Shown piece by piece: positions 37,560-45,226 of a stretch of DNA of 64,000 bases. Position 1 is the stretch's first letter, and each line of letters starts with the position of its first letter. The position numbers and the translations under genes are program-made. The DNA is from a virus. The notes beneath the pieces are model-generated. The model did not search any database. It worked only from the letters and a program-made list of their open reading frames with translations, and was not told the DNA's origin. The stretch lies in IMG/VR virus record IMGVR_UViG_3300023174_000090, positions 1 to 64,000 of that record, one strand, 5' to 3'.

Positions 37560-38921
37560 ATGGCAAACACTTCCATTACAATTTATCCTCAATATAATAG
37601 CAATCAGGTAACAAATATTAATTGCGGAACTAGTTCTCCTAGAATTGGTGGAACAATTGATATTTCGTCTTTTCCAAATTTAAATAGTTTTACTTGTGAT
37701 TCTAATGATATAACTTCTTTTAAAGGATTTGCTAACTGCCCGAACTTAACAAACGTTAGTCTTACCCTAAATAAAATTACAGGAAATTTTAATGATATAT
37801 TTCCAAATTTTAACAATAGATTAAATATGGTGAGTTTTGGCGTACGGTCAAACCTAATGACAGGAACAATTCCAAGTTTAAGTGGATTGAGTAATTTGCG
37901 AGTTTTTAGTTGCAATGAAAATCAACTTACAGGACTCATTCCTAGCTTGAGTGGTTTGACTAATTTTCGAGTTTTTGGTTGCAACTCAAATCAACTCACA
38001 GGAACAATTCCAAGTTTAAGTGGATTAATTAATTTGCAAGAGTTTCGTTGCTACTCAAATCAACTCACAGGAACAATTCCAAGTTTAAGTGGTTTGACTA
38101 ATTTGCGAGAGTTTAGTTGCAATGAAAATCAACTCACAGGAACACTTCCAAGTTTAAGTGGCTTGACTAATTTGCGAGTTTTTAATTACAATGAAAATCA
38201 ACTCACAGGAACAATTCCAAGTTTAAGTGGTTTGACTAATTTGCGAGAGTTTCGTTGCTACTCAAATCAACTCACGGGACCCATCCCCAGCTTGAGTGGC
38301 TTGACTAATTTGCAATATTTTTATTGCAACTCAAATCAACTCACAGGAACAATTCCAAGTTTAAGTGGATTAATTAATTTGCAAGAGTTTCGTTGCAGCT
38401 CAAATCAACTTACAGGCTTTGCTGGTGGTTCAGTTTCTAATACTCTTAGCAATTTTCAGGCACAAAATAACCAACTAACCCAAAGTGCTGTTGATACCAT
38501 CTTATCAACATTTAATGCAACAACAAGAACCACGGGAACAAGAGTTTTAAATTTAGGTGGTGCAGGCAACAGTGCTCCAAGTTATACGGGAGGAGTTACT
38601 ACAACGTCTCTTGGATTTAATTTTTCTAGAACAGGAACTCTTGTAACAGCAAATGTAAATAATCATGGACATACAAATGGAAACCTTGTAACAATTACGG
38701 AAATACCACAAACAGATTTTCAAGGAACATTTACCATAACAGTAACTGGACCAAATCAATTCCGATACACAACGGTAACATCCGGATCTATTACAGGAAC
38801 AGGAACAGCCACTATGAGAAGAACGACCAATGCTAATGATGGATTTAGATCATATCAAAACCTTGCCCTCGTTACAAGACTAGGAGGATTTCCTTGGAAC
38901 GTAAATATTAACTTCCCATAA
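37560..38921 (+). CDS. Leucine-rich-repeat virion/receptor-binding protein
   Basis: Eight plant-type 23-aa LRRs (NQLTGTIPSLSGLTNLxxFxCxx) flanked by degenerate LRRs; QSAVDTIL cap; C-terminal VTANVNNHGHTNGNLVTI...GTFTIT...NQFRY beta domain common in phage tail proteins. Confidence 0.85.
   Translation: MANTSITIYPQYNSNQVTNINCGTSSPRIGGTIDISSFPNLNSFTCDSNDITSFKGFANCPNLTNVSLTLNKITGNFNDIFPNFNNRLNMVSFGVRSNLMTGTIPSLSGLSNLRVFSCNENQLTGLIPSLSGLTNFRVFGCNSNQLTGTIPSLSGLINLQEFRCYSNQLTGTIPSLSGLTNLREFSCNENQLTGTLPSLSGLTNLRVFNYNENQLTGTIPSLSGLTNLREFRCYSNQLTGPIPSLSGLTNLQYFYCNSNQLTGTIPSLSGLINLQEFRCSSNQLTGFAGGSVSNTLSNFQAQNNQLTQSAVDTILSTFNATTRTTGTRVLNLGGAGNSAPSYTGGVTTTSLGFNFSRTGTLVTANVNNHGHTNGNLVTITEIPQTDFQGTFTITVTGPNQFRYTTVTSGSITGTGTATMRRTTNANDGFRSYQNLALVTRLGGFPWNVNINFP
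37860..38415 (+). repeat. 8 x 69-bp tandem LRR-coding units
   Basis: Units start at 37860, 37929, 37998, 38067, 38136, 38205, 38274 and 38343 with high nucleotide identity. Confidence 0.92.
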
Positions 38922-38922
38922 T

Positions 38923-39129
38923 ATGATAAATGTATACACAAAAGCAGTAATTGAAATAACAGAAAACCAGTGGGTTATGCTTTACGAAGAAGAATCTAAA
39001 AATATTCTCATAGAACCTCAACAATCTTCGGGGTTTTATACAGCAGTTGATATATTAGTAGTTGCTGATTCTAAAGAAGAATTGGACCAATATATCTTAG
39101 AAAATCAGCTGTTTAAATTAATTTTTTAA
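38923..39129 (+). CDS. Small acidic hypothetical protein
   Basis: 68 aa, starts 1 nt after the LRR stop; LVVADSKEELDQYI. Confidence 0.6.
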   Translation: MINVYTKAVIEITENQWVMLYEEESKNILIEPQQSSGFYTAVDILVVADSKEELDQYILENQLFKLIF

Positions 39130-39300
39130 ATTCTGCCAGTTCCACGACAATGTATTTGGAACTTTAAAGCCAAAAAATTTTAGTCAATTACTCTTGATTT
39201 TCCCATGTTTCTAATGTGTATTTAAAAAGCGAACCAATTACCGTCTTCAGCAGTGAATACAATTGTGGAAGGTTGCAATAACATTTCAACAATAATACAA

Positions 39301-40119
39301 TTAGCTAATATAACCAAAACGTTTTTGATAGTTATAATAAGTTTTATCAATCCAATTACAAATATCTTTACCTAAAACTTCCTTATAATCCGTATTTAAG
39401 GGAATCACTTCACTTCTAATAGTGTGAAGATCACTAGTAAGACCATATACAGAATCATCTTCTTTAATGGACTGCTCAACATTTTTAAAATCATGTTGAA
39501 ATGACTCTAGTCCAAGATAATTGTAAATTTTATTAAGTTCTTGTTGAGGATTATTTGTTAAATCTTCTGCTCTGACATATAAAACATTTTTATTAATGCC
39601 CTCTAGAAAACATTGCTCTAAACGCTCCAGTGCAAGTCCCACTGGTGGCGATGCAAACCAAGAATCCACTCTTTTTGCTGTGTTTGTACCAGACATTTCC
39701 GCATGATTTTGAATTGATTGATGGTTTTCTTGGTTTTTACGATAAATTTTTTCCATGGATGAAATAATACTTTTTAAGTTTCTTACCATGCATATCATTT
39801 TTGGTTTATATGGCATAAATGCCTCAAACCATTTATAATGAATAGTACCGCCTCTTGTTTTTATGCAAATATTAGATTTTTCTGAATATGAACTTGCATA
39901 TCCTTCTAAACCACCCCAACAAAATCCTCTCCATGCATTTATTGCTAAATTCTTATTAATAGCCTTAACTTCTGGAGAATTTGTAAAATTCATTCTAGCT
40001 CCATAGAGATATTCAAGAACTGGATCAGTAGGAGTTGCTGTTATTGTTGGATTTTGATTAAGAATACATTGAAGAAGCGTTGACATGCTTCTAGGCATTG
40101 AAGAATTAAAAAATATCAT
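39301..40119 (-). CDS. Sulfotransferase-family protein
   Basis: 5'-PSB loop SSMPRSMSTLL; KMICMVRNLKSIISSME (3'-PB); VRAEDLT.NP..ELNKIY.YL. Confidence 0.8.
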   Translation of the reverse strand: MIFFNSSMPRSMSTLLQCILNQNPTITATPTDPVLEYLYGARMNFTNSPEVKAINKNLAINAWRGFCWGGLEGYASSYSEKSNICIKTRGGTIHYKWFEAFMPYKPKMICMVRNLKSIISSMEKIYRKNQENHQSIQNHAEMSGTNTAKRVDSWFASPPVGLALERLEQCFLEGINKNVLYVRAEDLTNNPQQELNKIYNYLGLESFQHDFKNVEQSIKEDDSVYGLTSDLHTIRSEVIPLNTDYKEVLGKDICNWIDKTYYNYQKRFGYIS

Positions 40120-40122
40120 ACA

Positions 40123-41052
40123 TTAAAACACTATAGTAGGATTCATATTAAAAAGCAACTCATTTTTTGAACCTAAAATTGATTCTATAAACCTATTTTT
40201 GTCAAATAGTTTATTAATATCTTTATACGGACATTCATGCAGTCTACCACCTGTCCAATCATCAGATTCTAAGTACGAATCTATTCTATGGCGAAATACT
40301 TCTTGTTTATCTACTACAATATTTGTATGAATTTCATGTCCAAATACTTTTGGAGAGTTTGAAATCCATCCAACGGTAGCATTTTTGTTTAAAGCTGCTG
40401 CTGCATGTTGAGCAAATGAATCTATACATAAAAATTTGTCTGATAATGCAATATAACAGAACAAATTTCTAAAATTATCTGTTACTGGAATGGTATTTTT
40501 AATATTTTGTTGATCTTCTCTCTTAATATGAAGTATTTTATCAAATTTATCTTTAATAGAATCAACAATTTCTGCGGTAAATGATATTGGAAGATCTCTG
40601 GACCAAGAATATGGTATTTTTTGATTTTCAGCACCTCCTGAAGATTGAATTGTGAGTATTGGACCTTGTTTATTTAAAATATTTTGAACAAACATCAACT
40701 CTCTTTCGGTTAGAAAGAGTTCTGGTTTAATAGAAATACATGGAATATTGAATATATCACACCAAATTTCTGCTAAATGTTTTTTTCTATATAAAAGATC
40801 TCCAGAATGATACGGTTCCATTCTGAATATTTTAGAATCTTTGTTTTTTATATAATCATCATAAAAATAAGAAATATTTCCAAATTTATATACCCTAAAA
40901 ACATTAGGATTATGTAAAAATACTTCTGGATAAGAAGTTACAACAATTAATTCATGTTCTGGATATGCAGATTTTATCGATTTTACAACTGATGTTCCTA
41001 CAATTGATTTTCCACAACCACCGTCAATATGATAAATTGCATATTTTTCCAT
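40123..41052 (-). CDS. GT-B glycosyltransferase, GT9 (heptosyltransferase)-like
   Basis: GGCGKSIV.T.VVKSIK.AYP...LIV; PELFL; CIDSFAQHAAAALNK. Confidence 0.75.
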   Translation of the reverse strand: MEKYAIYHIDGGCGKSIVGTSVVKSIKSAYPEHELIVVTSYPEVFLHNPNVFRVYKFGNISYFYDDYIKNKDSKIFRMEPYHSGDLLYRKKHLAEIWCDIFNIPCISIKPELFLTERELMFVQNILNKQGPILTIQSSGGAENQKIPYSWSRDLPISFTAEIVDSIKDKFDKILHIKREDQQNIKNTIPVTDNFRNLFCYIALSDKFLCIDSFAQHAAAALNKNATVGWISNSPKVFGHEIHTNIVVDKQEVFRHRIDSYLESDDWTGGRLHECPYKDINKLFDKNRFIESILGSKNELLFNMNPTIVF

Positions 41053-41053
41053 T

Positions 41054-41533
41054 TTATTTTATATATTTGTTAAAAAACTCTAAATCATCACCATTTGGTA
41101 TTCCTACTTTTATAGTTTTATAATATCCTAAAGTATTATTAAATAATAATTTATTATTATTAATATATTTAAAATATTTTGTTTTTTTCTTTAATATATT
41201 CTTAATATTATTACCAAATTTATTAATATCTTCAAAATATTCTGAATATTCTATAGATAGTGTATTATTTTTATATATTGTATATATTTTAATATTTAAA
41301 TCTCTAAAGAGTATTATAAATGATTCTAAAATTTTGTCAAGTTCTTTTTCTAGAAAAAATTTGAAATATTTTTCTCTTTGGGTGATCTTTTTATTCCCTA
41401 TCAATCCCCATTCATCCATGTCTCTAATAATATTATCCGCTATATGGGATAGATATTCATCTATTTTAAATATTATAACTCTTTGATTTAAATATATTAA
41501 TAGATGCTCTTTAATTTTTGATTTTTCCAGCAT
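41054..41533 (-). CDS. Hypothetical protein
   Basis: 159-aa, very AT-rich ORF in the operon. Confidence 0.5.
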   Translation of the reverse strand: MLEKSKIKEHLLIYLNQRVIIFKIDEYLSHIADNIIRDMDEWGLIGNKKITQREKYFKFFLEKELDKILESFIILFRDLNIKIYTIYKNNTLSIEYSEYFEDINKFGNNIKNILKKKTKYFKYINNNKLLFNNTLGYYKTIKVGIPNGDDLEFFNKYIK

Positions 41534-42068
41534 TTACTGCCAGTATAGCATCTACAATTGCATTTTCAAGCAATTCTTTTGGAATTTTCATAGAACCCTC
41601 TTGTACTATTTTGTTCAAATCTTCCATGTTTTTGACTATTTTTCTTTTAAAATCTATGCATTCTATCATTTCATGTTTAGAAAGATTTGAATATGTTGGA
41701 CTTTCTCTTAAATTAAAAGCTTCCATTAAAGGTTCCGCAGCTAAAGATATGATTGAAGCAATTTTTTTATACAATCTATCTAATGGAGATGTATATACAC
41801 GGTTTTCTTCTATTAAACTACTTGCAACATTTAAAAAATAACTCATAAGAGCGGATTTTTCCGATTGAATAGCAGTTCTATTTAAAAATTCTGCACTTTT
41901 TATATGAACTTTTCCATATGGATTGTGAGGACACCCAGATCCCACCGATTCAGAACCACAATATATGCATTTTCTATCAATATTCATATGCACATGGGTT
42001 TCTGTGGGGGAATATGGACACCCCCTACCAAAACAAGCAGCTCCGCAATATATACATTCAGAATTCAT
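41511..42068 (-). CDS. Hypothetical protein with tandem CxYCG...GCP..P...H motifs
   Basis: CIYCGAACFGRGCPYSPTETHVH / CIYCGSESVGSGCPHNPYGKVH; ATG 42068 follows TAAATA. Confidence 0.6.
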   Translation of the reverse strand: MNSECIYCGAACFGRGCPYSPTETHVHMNIDRKCIYCGSESVGSGCPHNPYGKVHIKSAEFLNRTAIQSEKSALMSYFLNVASSLIEENRVYTSPLDRLYKKIASIISLAAEPLMEAFNLRESPTYSNLSKHEMIECIDFKRKIVKNMEDLNKIVQEGSMKIPKELLENAIVDAILAVNAGKIKN

Positions 42069-42498
42069 AACTGTATTTATCACTTCTATTCAAAAATTCT
42101 TTCGGAGGACTTCCAATTCGTACGTTTATAATGCCGTTATAGTAATCGTCTCGAAGTAAAACATCACGTTCTATCTGTTCTTTAATCTCAAAATATGCTA
42201 ATTCCCATTTGGAATGGCATGTTTTTATAATTTTAAACGTAAAATTTTCCTTACCATGTTTTTGTATATCTTGATTCAATTTTTCGGATGAACTTGTGTA
42301 CGATTTCCAATCAGATTCTACAAAATCAATTCGTTTTCTTTTTTTACCCTTCAGTGGTTTTCTTGTTAATTTAGATTTACATTGTTTTTTGCCAATATAT
42401 TTTTTATTTTCAATGTTATTTGTAATTTCGTAAATTATTCCAAATGTATTTTCATTTAAAATTACATTTTCAGTTAAAATCCAATGACCCGTATCCAT
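42058..42498 (-). CDS. GIY-YIG endonuclease (Seg/DenA-like)
   Basis: FGIIYEITN...KKYIGKK...ESDWKSY.SSS...ELAYFE...DYYNG.I. Confidence 0.8.
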   Translation of the reverse strand: MDTGHWILTENVILNENTFGIIYEITNNIENKKYIGKKQCKSKLTRKPLKGKKRKRIDFVESDWKSYTSSSEKLNQDIQKHGKENFTFKIIKTCHSKWELAYFEIKEQIERDVLLRDDYYNGIINVRIGSPPKEFLNRSDKYSYEF

Positions 42499-42767
42499 TA
42501 TAGTTCTTTTCTATTCAAACTTCTTCTGATAATTAAAGGAGTTTTAGAATTTTTTTTATTTTTTTTCTTTGATTTTTTCTTTGATTTTGTAGCAGGAAAA
42601 ACACCACCATATATATTTCTAGAATCCCCTTTAGCTATTGAATCTGAAGAATTAATACTGTCCGGAGGTCCGTATACAGCTTGAGCAGGACTACCAAAAG
42701 CACCACCATCTCCCGCAGTATTATCTTCCATAATTAATTCAAATGCTTGTTGAAATTTGTTTAACAT
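42498..42767 (-). CDS. Small late protein (candidate internal head protein)
   Basis: MLNKFQQAFELIME start, Gly-rich middle, Lys-rich tail; TAAGTA upstream. Confidence 0.55.
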   Translation of the reverse strand: MLNKFQQAFELIMEDNTAGDGGAFGSPAQAVYGPPDSINSSDSIAKGDSRNIYGGVFPATKSKKKSKKKNKKNSKTPLIIRRSLNRKEL

Positions 42768-42788
42768 ATGTTATTATAAGAAATACTT

Positions 42789-43187
42789 ATGATGGACTTA
42801 GATAAATTCAAAGAAGAAATAGTCGAAGATACAAAAATCGATGAAATGAATTTAATGGAAAAACAGATGATGCTTCCCGCCATAAAACACAAATGGGCAG
42901 CAAGATTGATAGAAAAAAAGAGACAACTTAATTCTTTAAATAAAAAGAAAGATGGATTAAAGGAAAGAGTTTTAGATTCACTAAAGGAGAAGGGAATGCC
43001 GCCCGGAATTCCCAAAACTGCATTAGACAAAAAAATAGAATCTTCTGAAACAATTTTAAAAATACAAGAAGAGATTGAAGACGTTAAATTACATATAGAA
43101 TATTTGGAAAAAATAGAAACCATTTGCAGAAGCATGACATATGATTTGAAAAATATCATAGAGCTTACGAAGCTCGAAACAACATAA
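42789..43187 (+). CDS. uvsY: Recombination mediator UvsY
   Basis: EDTKIDEMNL....LP.IKHKW...IEYLEKI...MTYDLKNIIE; adjacent to uvsW. Confidence 0.85.
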   Translation: MMDLDKFKEEIVEDTKIDEMNLMEKQMMLPAIKHKWAARLIEKKRQLNSLNKKKDGLKERVLDSLKEKGMPPGIPKTALDKKIESSETILKIQEEIEDVKLHIEYLEKIETICRSMTYDLKNIIELTKLETT

Positions 43188-43188
43188 T

Positions 43189-44601
43189 ATGATAGAATTG
43201 CTACTCGAAGGTAATCAGGGAAAAATTTCAACAGATTCTTTAACTTTGAATTTGATAAGAGATCATCTCTCTATGGCAAATCCCGCATATAGGAGGAATA
43301 TACCCTACATACAAAGTAGGTTATATGCAATTACTCCCAGCGGGAAGTTTGATGTCGGATTACTAGGAGAAATAATACAACTTTTAAATCAAAATAGCTA
43401 CAATTACAACATTCACGATGATTTAAAAATAAAATATTATTGCGGATTCAAAGATATTTTTATTTATAAATTAAAATATGATTATAGAGACTATCAAGAG
43501 GAATCTATAAAAAACGCCATAAAACAAGGAAGAGGAATCACTGTAATCCCAACCGCAGGAGGAAAAACATTAATATGTGCAGGACTAATTTCTTCATTGA
43601 GACAAACATTAAAAGATGAAAACGCATTAGCTATGGTAATGGTTCCATCAATTCAACTTGTAGAGCAAACCGCCTCCGATTTTATATCATATGGAATGAT
43701 GAATGTAACCAAATGGTCTGGAGATAACAAACCAACTGAAGATGCAGATGTGATAGTAGCAGGAACTCAATTACTTTTAAGCGAAAAAACAGATTTATCA
43801 ATTCTATCGAATGTTAAAATATTGATAATAGACGAGTGCCATCACCTAAAAGCAAAAAATAAAATAAATAAAATACTGAAATTTGTAAAATCTGATCATA
43901 AATTTGGTTTTACAGGAACCATGCCTGTTCCCAAGATAGATCAATGGAATATAATAGGAAAATTAGGCCCGATAACATACGAACAAAAGACCTTATCTTT
44001 AAAAAATCAAGAATATATATCAAATTTTAAAATTATTATATTAAATGTTCAGCATAATCAAAAACCAAAAACAATAAAATCTTCAAATCCTGCGGCATCA
44101 TATGAAAATGAATTGGATTTCATTATAAACAATCATTACAGAAATGAAATTATATGTAAATTAGCAAATAATTTAGAAAACAATACTTTAATAATGGTTG
44201 ATAGAATTAACCATGGAGAAATTATGGAAAATGTATTAAAAAATATTTTAAATTTATCTAAAACTGTATACTTTATCAGAGGATCGACCGAAATGGAAGA
44301 CAGAGAATATATAAGAAATTTAATGAATGAGAGATCTGATATTGTTATTATTGCAATATCCAAAATATTTAGCACAGGTATTAATATACCAAATTTACAT
44401 AACATTATTTTTGCATCCGCTGGAAAAGCAAAGATTAAAATAATGCAATCGATAGGGAGAGCACTTAGATTGCATCCTACAAAAACATTAGCAAAAATAT
44501 TTGATGTTTCAGATAACACCAAATATTCCAAATTGCATTTAGAAGAACGAAAACTATTATACCAATCAGAAAATTATGAATACATCGAAAAAACGATATA
44601 G
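43189..44601 (+). CDS. uvsW: DNA helicase UvsW
   Basis: RDYQ, IPTAGGKT, IIDECH, GFTGT, FSTGINIPNLHNIIFAS, MQSIGRALR. Confidence 0.92.
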   Translation: MIELLLEGNQGKISTDSLTLNLIRDHLSMANPAYRRNIPYIQSRLYAITPSGKFDVGLLGEIIQLLNQNSYNYNIHDDLKIKYYCGFKDIFIYKLKYDYRDYQEESIKNAIKQGRGITVIPTAGGKTLICAGLISSLRQTLKDENALAMVMVPSIQLVEQTASDFISYGMMNVTKWSGDNKPTEDADVIVAGTQLLLSEKTDLSILSNVKILIIDECHHLKAKNKINKILKFVKSDHKFGFTGTMPVPKIDQWNIIGKLGPITYEQKTLSLKNQEYISNFKIIILNVQHNQKPKTIKSSNPAASYENELDFIINNHYRNEIICKLANNLENNTLIMVDRINHGEIMENVLKNILNLSKTVYFIRGSTEMEDREYIRNLMNERSDIVIIAISKIFSTGINIPNLHNIIFASAGKAKIKIMQSIGRALRLHPTKTLAKIFDVSDNTKYSKLHLEERKLLYQSENYEYIEKTI

Positions 44602-45226
44602 AAAAACAAAAGATGAAGATTTTGACAATCTTAAATACTCAGCCGAAGAATCCGAATTATTGGGAATACCATTTAAAAATTTAGATACAGAAAATGAAGA
44701 CACCGAAGACAATAATGAAAATATTGATGACGATGAAATTGTTTCGGAGGATTCTGTGGATGAGTTTGTAGAACACAAAATAGATTACGATAAAAAACCT
44801 AAAAATAAAAAGAAAGCAGATAAGGAAAAATTTTATGTAGATCCAAAAGAATTTGATTCTAAAATATTAGAATATTATGAAACAGGAGTATTATCAAATG
44901 AATTAGCGGAAATGGTTAGTAAAATAGCACATAAATTAAGTTATGCTTCTAATTTTATAAATTATTCATTCAGAGATGATATGATAGGAGATGGAATTAT
45001 TAGAATGTTAAAAGCTCTCATGTCAAAAAAATACAATCACAGCAAGGGAACCAATCCATTTTCATATTTCACACGAATAGCATTCAATGCATTTCGTAAT
45101 AGAATTAAAAAAGAAAAACACATGTATGAAACTCATGAAAAATATCAAAATGAATTCTTGATGTTTTCCGAGGGATATAATAATATGATCAAGAAAAATA
45201 ATAAAAATATACAAAAATACGAATGA
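44576..45226 (+). CDS. gp55: Late-transcription sigma factor, T4 gp55-like
   Basis: FYVDPKEF...KIAHKLSYASNFINYSFRDDMIGDG...NPFSYFTRIAFNAF.NRIKKEK. Confidence 0.9.
   Translation: MNTSKKRYRKTKDEDFDNLKYSAEESELLGIPFKNLDTENEDTEDNNENIDDDEIVSEDSVDEFVEHKIDYDKKPKNKKKADKEKFYVDPKEFDSKILEYYETGVLSNELAEMVSKIAHKLSYASNFINYSFRDDMIGDGIIRMLKALMSKKYNHSKGTNPFSYFTRIAFNAFRNRIKKEKHMYETHEKYQNEFLMFSEGYNNMIKKNNKNIQKYE

Noticed and set aside
33498-38415. Tandem repeats as a possible CRISPR array
   Set aside because: Periods of 42, 69, 150 and 240 bp are all multiples of 3, lie in frame within ORFs and have no unique spacers; no cas genes.
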